This document shows, in pieces, positions 42,029 to 51,967 of a stretch of 64,000 nt of DNA. Position 1 is the first letter of the stretch. Every line of letters starts with the position of its first letter. This stretch comes from a virus (lineage: Duplodnaviria; Heunggongvirae; Uroviricota; Caudoviricetes), in IMG/VR virus record IMGVR_UViG_3300046474_000274, positions 36,425-100,424 of that record; one strand, written 5' to 3'. The translations under genes were made by a program, and so were the position numbers. The notes beneath the pieces were generated by a model. That model was not told the DNA's origin and searched no databases. It saw only the letters and a program-made list of their open reading frames with translations.

Positions 42029-43876
42029 ATGAAGATCTTCGCCAAGGGCACCATGCTCGGCAATCCGCTGCTGTCGAGCGAAGTCGTAATTCCCGTCTAC
42101 CTCGCCCCGACGATGCCTCCCTCTTATACCCAGCGGTCGGGCGCGGACGAGAAGTGGGGCTTCCTGGATTCCATGGTGACCGAGGCCGGCGCCGCGGTGA
42201 ATTCGACCATTGGCCGCGTCCTGGTGACCAACGCACCCTCGCCCAACGCGCTCTACATCATGACCGGCGAGACGAACGGCCTCGCGATCGTGCCTGACAC
42301 CGGCATGATCTACGTGACGAACGGCTCGCTGCTGACGGTCGGTATTCGCACCATCACCGTCACCGCGGTCAATCTCGCCGGCTTCGCCAGCACGACCATC
42401 CGCATTGCGGTCGTGGGCACGGCGACCAACGTCATCTACATCGACCCGACGGCCGGCGATGACAGCAACACCGGCATCAAGCCCTCGCAGGCGATCAAGA
42501 CCTGGGCGGCCCGCACGTCCAAGGGCTCGGGCACGAAGACCTACGCCGTTCGCCGCGGCACCGCGCTCGATGCTGCCATGGTTCTCGCCAACAATGAAAC
42601 CGTCCGCTGCTATGGCGACCCTGCCCTGCCCGCACCGAAGATCAGCACCACGTCCGCTTTTGGGCTCACCGGCACCGATCTAGCCGGCGCAACCGTCCAG
42701 GACATCGAAATCTCGGCCGGCCAGCGCGCCGTTCACATCAACCGCGGCACGAATTTCAAGGCTTTCCGCTGCGTGTTCCGCGTCCCGACCGACGGCACCA
42801 ACCGCGCCCCCTTCTACACGACCCAGGTCACGGGTCTGAGGTTCAGGCACAATTGGGTGCCGGCGAGCTCCTATGGTGACAATGTGTATTGCCGCGGCCT
42901 GAAGAACGCCGAGCTCGCCTATAATCTACTGGAAACGCCGCTGGGCAGCACCTCGGACAATATGCAGATCACCTCGGAGCGCAACGTCCTCTACCCGTGC
43001 GCCGATGTCTGGATCCATCACAACACGATGGTCAACGTGGGCGGCACGTCCGCCAAGGGCAACTGCGTCATCGAGGGCTGCCTGCGGGCGCTGGTCGAAA
43101 ACAACGATTTCAGCGGTCTCTATTTCTGCGTATCCTCAGTGTCGACTTTCAACACCATCCGCAACAACCGGATGAGCAAGGCGACCTACAGCTCCAACTC
43201 CTTCACCATGGGCATCGGCTCGACCTACGACACTGGCGACCAGTCTTGGTATGATAATCGCCTGTCTGGGCCGGGCAACCGCGCCTTCTCGATCTCCGGC
43301 ACCGGCGAGGCTGCTGGTGCTCCGCTGTGGTCGCGCTACGACCTTGAGATTAACGACAACATCGGCGAAGGGCACACGACCTTCTTCCACCAGAACCGCC
43401 TGATGTCCGGCTACTTCCAGTATAACGTCGGACAGAGCAACGTCTCCAATACGGTCTCGGGTGTGGCGACGGTTGCGACGGGTGGCGATTACACGACCCG
43501 CACGGTCACGCCGAACTTCCTTAACACCGCAGATGGGCCGATCTGCATGGAACGGGCCAGGATCTCAGGGACGGTCCAGAATGGGCAGACCGTGACGGTC
43601 AGCGCGCCCTCCTTCACCGGCGCCGTGTCGGTTGAATATCAGTGGCGCCTGAACGGCAAGTATATCGCCGGCGAGACGGGCCAGAGCTTCACGATCCCGG
43701 CAGGCTACAGCGGCCAGGTCTCCGATCGGGTGCCGACCTTTGCCACGACCGGCTTTCCTGGTGGAGCTGCCGGCGAGCTGTCGTGCATCACCCGTGGCAT
43801 CGATGCAGCGGGCAATGTGATGATCGCCCCTGCCCTGTTTGCCAACGACGAAGCCTATATGCCGATCGCTGCATAA
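42029..43876 (+). CDS. tail fibre / tailspike-like protein with right-handed beta-helix (pectin-lyase-like) repeats
   Basis: In frame with ORF 41774..43876; repeated hydrophobic-N-N/G beta-helix signatures (IHHNTMVNVGG, NNDFSG). Confidence 0.7.
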   Translation: MKIFAKGTMLGNPLLSSEVVIPVYLAPTMPPSYTQRSGADEKWGFLDSMVTEAGAAVNSTIGRVLVTNAPSPNALYIMTGETNGLAIVPDTGMIYVTNGSLLTVGIRTITVTAVNLAGFASTTIRIAVVGTATNVIYIDPTAGDDSNTGIKPSQAIKTWAARTSKGSGTKTYAVRRGTALDAAMVLANNETVRCYGDPALPAPKISTTSAFGLTGTDLAGATVQDIEISAGQRAVHINRGTNFKAFRCVFRVPTDGTNRAPFYTTQVTGLRFRHNWVPASSYGDNVYCRGLKNAELAYNLLETPLGSTSDNMQITSERNVLYPCADVWIHHNTMVNVGGTSAKGNCVIEGCLRALVENNDFSGLYFCVSSVSTFNTIRNNRMSKATYSSNSFTMGIGSTYDTGDQSWYDNRLSGPGNRAFSISGTGEAAGAPLWSRYDLEINDNIGEGHTTFFHQNRLMSGYFQYNVGQSNVSNTVSGVATVATGGDYTTRTVTPNFLNTADGPICMERARISGTVQNGQTVTVSAPSFTGAVSVEYQWRLNGKYIAGETGQSFTIPAGYSGQVSDRVPTFATTGFPGGAAGELSCITRGIDAAGNVMIAPALFANDEAYMPIAA

Positions 43877-43882
43877 GCCGCT

Positions 43883-43920
43883 CGCATCCTGCCGCACTCC
43901 AACGCGAATACAGCTAAAAC
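43883..43920 (+). promoter_or_regulatory. CATCCTGCCGCACTCCAACGCG...GCTAAAAC element, copy 1 of two in the 520-nt ORF-free region
   Basis: Second motif family. Confidence 0.5.
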
Positions 43921-44327
43921 TTAATCATCAAGAGCGAAGCAACGAAAGACGCGAGCGACACGATGACATGGGTTTTGCTTTGAGGGTGGCTACCTCGACC
44001 ACAAATAGCCCGGCCTGGATGAAGCCGTTATCCCACATACGGTAGGCGTGCCGTTATAGGAGATGGGCAGAGCAAATAGAGCCCTACCTCCCGGACGCTG
44101 ATTCCGATCCGTCGCCCCGCCGTCACGGTTAGCCTGGGTGAAAACAACTCAACCCCTATGCCTCGAATGGTCCGGCTACCGGCCGCAGTCGTTGTCAGGG
44201 GATCTGCTTGAGTGCTCACGATCCTCTCCTAGATCCGTATCCCGCCTTCCTGAAGGGTGATGACGGTGCGGAGAGAGATCAATGAACTCTCGGCATAGCT
44301 CCATAGCTATCTAGCTGCAAAGCTACC

Positions 44328-44383
44328 GCTCATAACCTACCGCGCCCCGAGAGCTCGGTTGCTAAAACTGAACGCAGCAATGA
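44328..44383 (+). promoter_or_regulatory. CATAACCTACCGCGCCCC...GCTAAAAC element immediately upstream of the AAA ATPase gene
   Basis: Second motif family. Confidence 0.55.
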
Positions 44384-44402
44384 CAACAAGGAAAGGTCAA
44401 GC

Positions 44403-46193
44403 ATGTCCACCACCAAGGAACGCGGTCTCGAGGTTCTCGAAGAGCTCCGCAAGGACAAGATCGAGGTCATCGTGGAGAACGATGAATTTCGCCACTTCAA
44501 GCTGAATGGCGTCGAATTCATCGAATTCCTGGAGAGCGGCTACGCCTATACCAACTGGATCGAGGCGATCTCTGCCACGCTCGGCCATCACGCGCTCAGC
44601 GATCGGAACGTCTATTCCGTTTCGTTCCTCGCCAACAATATGAAGAAGCTGGTCGAGCGCATCAGGCGGGTGCAGCGGGCTTTCGATAGCAACGCCCTCT
44701 TCAAGGAATCCCGCGCGGTTCTCGAAGTCGTTAAGGCAGCGGCCGCCCGCGTCGAAGAAGATCGCCGCACGCGTTTCGATGCCGGCTTGACGACCTTCGA
44801 CGACCTGCCGTTCCTCTTCGCCGAAGACGAGCGTATCACCTGGGAAAACAGCGACGAAATCCAGGTCGGCGGGTATTTCAAGAGCGCCGAATCCAAGCGG
44901 AGCTGGGGCGGCTCCTACATGCTCTTCCAGATCGAGGTGATCGCGAAGGTCGGCGTGTCCGTCACCCGCGCTCAGGTCGCTGCGACCGTTCCCGAGTTCA
45001 GCGGCACCATGGAAGTTGCCAAGCTGCCGATCGTCAAGCTGGTCGCGGGCTCGAAGGTCGAACGTGAATTGGTCGACCGCGGTCAGATTTTCGCATCGAT
45101 TGCTTCCGGCACTGCCTATGTCGAATACACCGGAATGCTGATCAAGCCGTCTTACTGGTCCGACGCCGTGCTTCGTGCCGACGGCCGCGTCATGATTGAC
45201 CCGGAATCGATGGGCCGTATCGACAACAAGGTCTACGACCAGGCCAAGCGCCGCATCATGTCGAAGAAGGGCTACAACGAGGACGATGATGTCGAGGTGA
45301 AGATCGAGACGGTCGAGGAGAAGGATCTCTTCGCCTGCTCGCCTTATGTCCTCGGCTTCTCGTTCCGTGCGAAGACCTGGGGCATGATGTTGGTCTCCGG
45401 CATCAAGCCGATCGATTGGGCGAAGGACGCTTTCGAGCGCCTGGTCCTCGAGCCCAAGACGAAGAAGCGCGTCCGCGCCCTCGTGCAGAACTCCAGCGGA
45501 TCGTTCTCCGACATCATCGGTGGCAAGGGCGGTGGTTGCGTCTTCCTGCTGCACGGCGAACCCGGTCAGGGCAAGACGCTGACGGCTGAAACCGTCGCTG
45601 AAGACCTGCGCCGGCCGCTCTACTCGATCTCCGTCGGCGAGCTCGGCACCGATCCGGACCAGCTCGAGGAACGCCTGCGCGAAATCCTCGACCTGGCGAC
45701 CATCTGGAATGCGGTCCTGCTGCTCGATGAAGCGGACATCTTCCTCGAAGCCCGCGATGAGAAGGACGTGCTCCGCAACGCCATGGTTGGCGTGTTCCTG
45801 CGTCTGCTCGAATATCACCAGGGCGTTCTGTTCCTGACCACGAACCGCGTTCGCAACATCGATCGCGCCTTCTATAGCCGTATCTCCGTCGCGATCGCCT
45901 TCACCAAGGCCGATATCGACAAGCGGGTGAAGGTCTGGACCAACCTGCTGAAGGCTGCCGGCCTCGCCATCAATGCGAGCGACATCACCGAACTGGCCGA
46001 CTCCGATCTCAACGGGCGTCAGATCAAGAACGTGATCCGCACGGCCGCAACCCTGGCCAAGCTCGACGGCGAGGCTGTCACGACCGATCGTCTGAAGGAA
46101 GAGATCGAGGAAGCGACCCGCTTCGAGCGCGAAATGCTCCAGGCACCTGACTACCTTGAAAAGCCCAAGCCGACGCTGGTCCGCGCGGCCTAA
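44403..46193 (+). CDS. AAA+ ATPase with a long N-terminal domain
   Basis: ORF track; Walker A GEPGQGKT; Walker B LLLDEAD; sensor/arginine region TTNRVRNIDRAFYSR. Confidence 0.85.
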   Translation: MSTTKERGLEVLEELRKDKIEVIVENDEFRHFKLNGVEFIEFLESGYAYTNWIEAISATLGHHALSDRNVYSVSFLANNMKKLVERIRRVQRAFDSNALFKESRAVLEVVKAAAARVEEDRRTRFDAGLTTFDDLPFLFAEDERITWENSDEIQVGGYFKSAESKRSWGGSYMLFQIEVIAKVGVSVTRAQVAATVPEFSGTMEVAKLPIVKLVAGSKVERELVDRGQIFASIASGTAYVEYTGMLIKPSYWSDAVLRADGRVMIDPESMGRIDNKVYDQAKRRIMSKKGYNEDDDVEVKIETVEEKDLFACSPYVLGFSFRAKTWGMMLVSGIKPIDWAKDAFERLVLEPKTKKRVRALVQNSSGSFSDIIGGKGGGCVFLLHGEPGQGKTLTAETVAEDLRRPLYSISVGELGTDPDQLEERLREILDLATIWNAVLLLDEADIFLEARDEKDVLRNAMVGVFLRLLEYHQGVLFLTTNRVRNIDRAFYSRISVAIAFTKADIDKRVKVWTNLLKAAGLAINASDITELADSDLNGRQIKNVIRTAATLAKLDGEAVTTDRLKEEIEEATRFEREMLQAPDYLEKPKPTLVRAA

Positions 46194-46275
46194 GCCTCAC
46201 GCAATGATCTGGAGAGGGCGCTTTCGAGCGCCCTTTTCGATGCGCCCCACCTGCCCGCGGATCCCTTTCGAACCC

Positions 46276-46335
46276 GCTCATCACCTGCCGCTCTCCAAGC
46301 GTGCGCTTGCTAAAACTAATCATCAGCAACGCACA
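46276..46335 (+). promoter_or_regulatory. GCTCATCACCTGCCGCTCTCCAAGCG...GCTAAAAC element upstream of the gene at 46351
   Basis: Second motif family. Confidence 0.55.
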
Positions 46336-46350
46336 AAGCGAGCCAACGCC

Positions 46351-46830
46351 ATGACCGACGAAGAACGCCACGCCAAGATCCGCGAACTCCTTACCGAAGA
46401 GGAGATGCTTGCTATCGCCACGGTATGCGGTGCGGCCGACGAGACCGCGGATGTGTGCGAAAGCAATGGCGACGAGAAGGAGGCGGATGAAATCTGGGAG
46501 GCGACAGGCAAGTTGGCCGCAATTCTCGGCCCCGAGCCCGAGCAGCCCGAGATGGCGCCACTGTCTGCATTTGTCTGCGTCGACTGCAGCACCAACACCC
46601 ACGAGACCGACGAATATTACATGGTGCATGACCATGTGTGGGAGAAGGAAGCGAGCATGGACAAGGAAGGCGGCATGCTTTGCATCGGTTGCCTCGAAAC
46701 CCGCATCAAGCGCCGGCTCACCGCTGACGACTTCACCTATGCGCCGGTCAACTTCATCTTCCTGCGGTCTGAGCGTCTCGCTGACCGGCTCCAGGGAAAG
46801 TCCCCTCTCGATATGAAGGAAGCAGCGTAA
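46351..46830 (+). CDS. Zn-binding hypothetical protein
   Basis: In frame with ORF 46156..46830; ATG after the conserved upstream element. Confidence 0.55.
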   Translation: MTDEERHAKIRELLTEEEMLAIATVCGAADETADVCESNGDEKEADEIWEATGKLAAILGPEPEQPEMAPLSAFVCVDCSTNTHETDEYYMVHDHVWEKEASMDKEGGMLCIGCLETRIKRRLTADDFTYAPVNFIFLRSERLADRLQGKSPLDMKEAA

Positions 46831-47090
46831 TGGCATACGGCGACTACGACGGCCCCAATAAGCCCGACAAGGGCCACGAGAACGGCTCCTGCAACCGCAC
46901 CCGCTGCCAGGCCGCACCGGCGCGCTGGTATAACCACGGCTCATACTCCTGGTATTGCGACTCCTGCCGCAACCAGATCGAGTTCGACACCTTGAACCTG
47001 CGCGACTGGCAGCGGAACTATCAGCCTCGGCTCAAGCACCCCATGTTCGAGACCCGTGAAATGATGGACGCGCGCAAGGAGGCGGCATGA
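46830..47090 (+). CDS. Zn-ribbon hypothetical protein
   Basis: ORF track. Confidence 0.5.
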   Translation: MAYGDYDGPNKPDKGHENGSCNRTRCQAAPARWYNHGSYSWYCDSCRNQIEFDTLNLRDWQRNYQPRLKHPMFETREMMDARKEAA

Positions 47091-47326
47091 GCAAGACCGT
47101 CACCTTCGGCAAGGGTATCGTCACGTTTCATAACGACGAGGGCGAGCAGATCGGACCCGCCTACCCCTGCACCGAGTTCAAGCTAACGGTCGAGAATCCT
47201 GAGCCGGTCACTAAAACGAAGATCAAGTGGTATGTTGGGACGACCGTCGATAAGGAAGGCAAGCTCACCAACTGGACCGCGGATAGCAAAGGAGGACTGA
47301 AGCCATGCCCCAATACCGCGTTGTGA
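47087..47326 (+). CDS. hypothetical protein
   Basis: ORF track. Confidence 0.5.
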   Translation: MSKTVTFGKGIVTFHNDEGEQIGPAYPCTEFKLTVENPEPVTKTKIKWYVGTTVDKEGKLTNWTADSKGGLKPCPNTAL

Positions 47327-47550
47327 CCGTATTGACCGTCGAAGCCGACGACCCGAAGCAGGCAGCGATGAAGGTCTTCGCCTTGCACGACACCATGACG
47401 CCGGAGGACTACCAGGTCCATCTGGCCTACGGCGTCAATGAGCCCAGCGTCGACGTGTTCCTCGAGCCGGACGACAAGGACGAGGCGCGCCGGGCGTATG
47501 CAGCGGGTGAATACTTCCCCGAGGTTAATATCTCCGAGAGCAAACCGTAA
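47305..47550 (+). CDS. hypothetical acidic protein
   Basis: ORF track; rho-independent terminator follows. Confidence 0.5.
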   Translation: MPQYRVVTVLTVEADDPKQAAMKVFALHDTMTPEDYQVHLAYGVNEPSVDVFLEPDDKDEARRAYAAGEYFPEVNISESKP

Positions 47551-47583
47551 TCCTCGGCAGGATATACTTCAAGACCTTCAGCT

Positions 47584-47615
47584 AAGGCGCCACCCCAGGC
47601 GCCTTTCTTTTTGCC
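47584..47615 (+). terminator. rho-independent terminator (GGCGCC-acccca-GGCGCC then TTTCTTTTTG)
   Basis: Hairpin plus T-run. Confidence 0.8.
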
Positions 47616-47667
47616 GTATGAATTGTTTCGCGCCACTGAACTTCGCGTATAGCGGGCGGATCCCTGT

Positions 47668-47696
47668 CTAAAAGTAAGTAAGTATTTACTTATATT
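47668..47696 (+). promoter_or_regulatory. palindrome copy CTAAAAGTAAGTAAGTATTTACTTATATT
   Basis: Family member. Confidence 0.5.
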
Positions 47697-47744
47697 AGCA
47701 GACCTGATATTTGTTGTGGATCCCAACTAATAGGATCCCAGGTC

Positions 47745-48020
47745 GTGACCGAACGCTTCAATTCTACTGCGGCATCTGGCGAAAGCGCCGCATTCTCACC
47801 TGCCGGCGAAATCATCCTGCAGCTCAAGGCCGATGACCCCAGGGCGAGAGTCGCGATCAAGGCGCGCGTTGATAGCGCAGCCGATTGGGAGATCGTCGCG
47901 ATCCTCGATCGCGCGATACCGGACAACCGGTTCATCAGGCTGCCCAAGTTTCCCTACCTCAAGCTCGAAATCGTCCGCAACACGGTCGGCAAGCTCGTCT
48001 CCGTCCGGGACGACAGCTAA
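47745..48020 (+). CDS. hypothetical protein (GTG start)
   Basis: ORF track. Confidence 0.45.
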   Translation: MTERFNSTAASGESAAFSPAGEIILQLKADDPRARVAIKARVDSAADWEIVAILDRAIPDNRFIRLPKFPYLKLEIVRNTVGKLVSVRDDS

Positions 48021-48334
48021 TGCTTCGGCTTCCCCTGATCCTGCCGTTGCACGAGAGGACGCGCCTGCGGTCGCTTAGGCGCGCGCCGCCCAGCGTTCAA
48101 GAGCCTGAGATCCCGGCAGTCGGCTCGGCTCTGCTGCTGAGCGACGGTGGGGTCTTCGCCCTCGCCGGCGACCAGGCCGCCTTTGACCTCGCCATTCACT
48201 ACGCCAGCGACAGAACGCTCGGCGACCTCCCCATTCGCACAGAAGCCGCGCCCAGCGACCTGCTGCTCGTCCACACGAGCGCCGGATCGCGCAAGATCAC
48301 CCTCGGCGATCTGCTTGACTCATTGGAGACCTAA
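48020..48334 (+). CDS. hypothetical protein
   Basis: In frame with ORF 47885..48334; TAATG overlap. Confidence 0.45.
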   Translation: MLRLPLILPLHERTRLRSLRRAPPSVQEPEIPAVGSALLLSDGGVFALAGDQAAFDLAIHYASDRTLGDLPIRTEAAPSDLLLVHTSAGSRKITLGDLLDSLET

Positions 48335-51300
48335 ATGGCTGATCGCCGCTTTATAGACCAGATGTTGACCGCGTCGCCCGAGACCGTCGCCACGGGCAAC
48401 CTGATTATCGAAGCCAATGGGCAGGAATACCGCGCGACGACGGCTGTCCTCGGCGGCGTGCACCTGTTCTTCCTGGACGAAGACAACCGCACGCCGGTTG
48501 TGCAATTTCGCCTGACCAGCCCCGGCCGGACGGTCGAGAACGTTCCAGTGACTTTGACGGCGACCGCGCCGAATGGAACGGTCGTGACCAAGTCGGCAAC
48601 GACCGACGCCCTTGGCAATGGATCGTTCGATTACACCGGCATCCTGGCACGCGGCCAGACCTATACGATCGAAGCCCGTGCGGCGATCTACCTGACCGCG
48701 ACGACGCAGAAGACCATCAATGCGCTGTCTGCACCGATCGACCCTGTCACGGCCACGTCGACGGGCAAGGTTGGCGATACCATCACCGTCAACGCCCTGA
48801 ACTTCGACGGCAGCCCGACCGGCTACCGCTATCGCTATCTGCGCGGCACCTCCTACGTCATTCCCGGCGCCGAAGGGCCGATCTACACCCTGCAGGCCGA
48901 CGACGACGCCGATATCATCACGGCTCAGGTCCAGGCGACGAACGCAGGTGGCGACAGCTCCTGGTATCCCGCAAACGGCATCGGCCCGGTGTCCAACAAG
49001 ACCTCCGCGCTGCTTGCGTCTCCGGTAATCAGCGGCTCCACCGCGCCCGGTAGCCGGCTGACCGTTACCTCGCCCGGCGCCGCGAGCGAGAATGCCGTCG
49101 TCAAGTCCGACGAGTGGCAGATCAACCAGGCCAAGATCCAGGCGCTGAAGGCTCCCCTCACCCGCTACCTGGGCGGCGCTGCGGCCGGTTCTGCGCCCAC
49201 GGCCTACCCCGACGGCGCCAATCATCATGGCGTCGGTCTCTCCAGTTCCGCCTACAGCGGCTCCAACACCTATAGCTTCTCCGTCAACACCAGTGCGACC
49301 GAGAACGACTATATTCCCGTTCTCGTCGGCGCGGCCGGTGGCAACGAAGGTGCGCAGGTTTACGACCTCTTCATCCGGCACCTCAACACCAATTCCAGCA
49401 TCCGCATCAAGATGTTCGCGGCGAAGTATCGAGGCGGCGCGCTGGTCGAAGAAGCGCAGATGACCAAGGTCGGCGCGACGGCTGGGCAGGAGCTGGCCGA
49501 ATGGGCAACGGTTGCCAATTCCACGCCGCACTGGACGCTGACGCACGACTTCGGCGAATGGCTGGAAGGCGATTATCTCGTCTTCCGGCAGCAGGCTCGC
49601 AACATCTCTGGCTCTGGCGCCAACAGCTACCAGTGGGACGCCCGCGCTGGCATTTCCTATGCAACGCTGCCGATCGGCAACGTCCAGGATCTGCAGAAGA
49701 CGCTGTCGGTGTTCACCACCCGTGCCGACATGGCCGGCAAGAATGTCCGGCTGGCCCGCACCTTCTCCAATCGCAACAACGACGTGGTCGCCTACTCCAA
49801 CGAAATCAGCATGGCAGCGGCTGTAGCCCAGACCCAGGCTCCGGCAAATACGACGCTGCCGACGATTGTCGCCGCCTCCGCTCGCTCCAACACCACCTGG
49901 CAGATCGACCTCGGCGCATGGAGCAATCAGCCGACCGGCTACGGCGTTCAGTGGCGTGCCGACGGTGTCGATATCGCTGGCGCCACGCTCATGAGCTATA
50001 AGCCGACTTCCGCCCAGGAAGGCCAGACGATCACCTGTGCCGTGATCCCGACCAACGGCGTCGGTGCTGGGATCGCTGCTGTCAGTCCGGGCGTCGTTGT
50101 CCAGTCCGCTGCAGCCTACTGGAATATCGCAACCGGCAACGACCTCAATGACGGCCTGACGGCTGAATTCGCCAAGCAGAACCTGACTGGCACCGACACC
50201 ATCCCGTCGGGCGCTACGGCTATTCTGAACGGCGATTTCGGGACGCGGTTGAAGGTCGGTAGCGGCCGGTTTTACGAAGGTCTTGGCGCTGCCCTGACCT
50301 CGATCGGCTCGACCAGCACCGCCTACGCCATCGACCACTACACCGATGATGGCTCGCTCGGCCGCAGCAACGTCACCGTCCGCAAGATGCGCATCACCTC
50401 TGGTGACCGCGCCATCATGGCTCGCCAGGGCAGCAACTGGGTGATCGAGGACGTTGTCATCGACAGCGCCGGCTTCAACCCGGTCGGCTCTGCCGAGAAC
50501 GCGTCCGGCATCTATTTCTACCGCAACAACGGCATCACGCTGCGCCGCGTTCAGTTGCTCCAGGTCATGTCTGACGGGTTTTACTCCGACACCAATGACA
50601 AGATCACGGTCGAGGACTGTCTCTTCATGCCGGTCTACACGGCCGAAGGCGACACCATCCAGACCCGTGCGGACCGCAACGACAGCAATGGCGCACCTGG
50701 TCCGCACCAGAAGGGCTTCCTCATGCGGGGAACCTTCCTGGACATGCATTCGCGCAAGACCGCGTCCGGCAAGGGCTGCCTGGTCACCAACATGCACGAC
50801 TACATTTTGATCCGGGATAACATCCTGGATGGGAACAACTTCGTCCACGGCACCGACGAGGGCGACAACCAGGTCTTCTGCCGCAACGTCAGCCGCTATT
50901 CGCGCAAGAATACCTATTCCTTCGGCTATGGCATCGGTGGCTACGACAACCAGCCGTCCTCGCACAATCACCAGCTCTACGACAATTCCTGGTATGACAT
51001 GAACCGGGCGCTGTCGTTCACCGGGATCTCGGTGACCGGCTATACCGGCACCAAGTCGGGCCGTGTCGACATCGTTGCCCACGACGAGACCGTCATCAAG
51101 TGCGCCAATGGCGTTCGTATCGACCGGCCGACCTCGGGCCGCTTCCGTGGCTTTGTCTTCCACAATGTCAGCAAGCCGCTCGATCGGACGCTGACGACGC
51201 TGCCGGTGGGTGGTGATATCCAGGCTTTCTTCTGGAGCGACCACTTCATCTATAACGGCAGCATCGCAGAGCCGCCCAAGGTCTTTGCTCGCGCACAGAT

Positions 51301-51952
51301 CAGCGGCAGCCGTGTGCCCGGCCAGGTTCTCTCCGGCCCCGACAGCATCTTCGACACGGCAGCGGTGCTTGCGGCCTTCCCGACCGCGGTCATCACTCGC
51401 TCCTACCAGTGGCGCCGGCACAAGCCTGCTGTCCAGTGGGCAAACTGGACCGGCGTGCACCTGGGCTGGCTGTGCGAGTGGATCGAGGGCGCTACCTCGT
51501 CCAGCTACACCGTCACCGACGCCGAACAGGGCTGCCGCGTCAGCCGCGTCGATCGCATTCACCTGACCTTCACCGAGGCTGGTGTTACGAAGACCATCAC
51601 GGCGCTGGCCTACGATGCGACCTATTCGACCTCGAGCGAGGTGCCGCGCACGGGTGATCTTGCCATCGCCCTGCCGGCGATGCCGACCACGGGTAACATC
51701 TCTGCGGCGTCCGCTGAAGGCGCCGTGGTTGTGGACCTGCCGGCACTGCTTAACGGTGAGACGCGCACGCTGCTGCACCCCAGCCGCGGCTATGACCCCT
51801 ACACCGGCACGGCAATCACCCTCGACGCCAACGGTGACCTGGTTCGTGGCGCTGGCGTTCTGACGGCCGGTAATACGGTCAGCTTCAAGATCCGGCAGAA
51901 GCGCGGCGTCGACGTGATCGACACCTCGGCCTCTTTGACGGTCGTTGCGTAG
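48335..51952 (+). CDS. large tail fibre / host-specificity protein (1205 aa) with Ig-like N-terminal repeats and a C-terminal beta-helix depolymerase-like domain
   Basis: ORF track; GGAGACC RBS; beta-helix signatures (DNILDGNNFVHG, RRVQLLQVMSDGFY). Confidence 0.8.
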   Translation: MADRRFIDQMLTASPETVATGNLIIEANGQEYRATTAVLGGVHLFFLDEDNRTPVVQFRLTSPGRTVENVPVTLTATAPNGTVVTKSATTDALGNGSFDYTGILARGQTYTIEARAAIYLTATTQKTINALSAPIDPVTATSTGKVGDTITVNALNFDGSPTGYRYRYLRGTSYVIPGAEGPIYTLQADDDADIITAQVQATNAGGDSSWYPANGIGPVSNKTSALLASPVISGSTAPGSRLTVTSPGAASENAVVKSDEWQINQAKIQALKAPLTRYLGGAAAGSAPTAYPDGANHHGVGLSSSAYSGSNTYSFSVNTSATENDYIPVLVGAAGGNEGAQVYDLFIRHLNTNSSIRIKMFAAKYRGGALVEEAQMTKVGATAGQELAEWATVANSTPHWTLTHDFGEWLEGDYLVFRQQARNISGSGANSYQWDARAGISYATLPIGNVQDLQKTLSVFTTRADMAGKNVRLARTFSNRNNDVVAYSNEISMAAAVAQTQAPANTTLPTIVAASARSNTTWQIDLGAWSNQPTGYGVQWRADGVDIAGATLMSYKPTSAQEGQTITCAVIPTNGVGAGIAAVSPGVVVQSAAAYWNIATGNDLNDGLTAEFAKQNLTGTDTIPSGATAILNGDFGTRLKVGSGRFYEGLGAALTSIGSTSTAYAIDHYTDDGSLGRSNVTVRKMRITSGDRAIMARQGSNWVIEDVVIDSAGFNPVGSAENASGIYFYRNNGITLRRVQLLQVMSDGFYSDTNDKITVEDCLFMPVYTAEGDTIQTRADRNDSNGAPGPHQKGFLMRGTFLDMHSRKTASGKGCLVTNMHDYILIRDNILDGNNFVHGTDEGDNQVFCRNVSRYSRKNTYSFGYGIGGYDNQPSSHNHQLYDNSWYDMNRALSFTGISVTGYTGTKSGRVDIVAHDETVIKCANGVRIDRPTSGRFRGFVFHNVSKPLDRTLTTLPVGGDIQAFFWSDHFIYNGSIAEPPKVFARAQISGSRVPGQVLSGPDSIFDTAAVLAAFPTAVITRSYQWRRHKPAVQWANWTGVHLGWLCEWIEGATSSSYTVTDAEQGCRVSRVDRIHLTFTEAGVTKTITALAYDATYSTSSEVPRTGDLAIALPAMPTTGNISAASAEGAVVVDLPALLNGETRTLLHPSRGYDPYTGTAITLDANGDLVRGAGVLTAGNTVSFKIRQKRGVDVIDTSASLTVVA

Positions 51953-51967
51953 CTACATAGCTATATA

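Noticed and set aside
43877-44402. Small ORFs (63 aa) on the minus strand in the 520-nt leader
   Set aside because: No RBS and no coding periodicity. The region is better explained as a regulatory leader with repeated elements.
48320-51778. 1152-aa minus-strand ORF
   Set aside because: Mirror of the 1205-aa +strand fibre gene in GC-rich DNA. No RBS or promoter, protein-like signal only on the + strand. Spurious.
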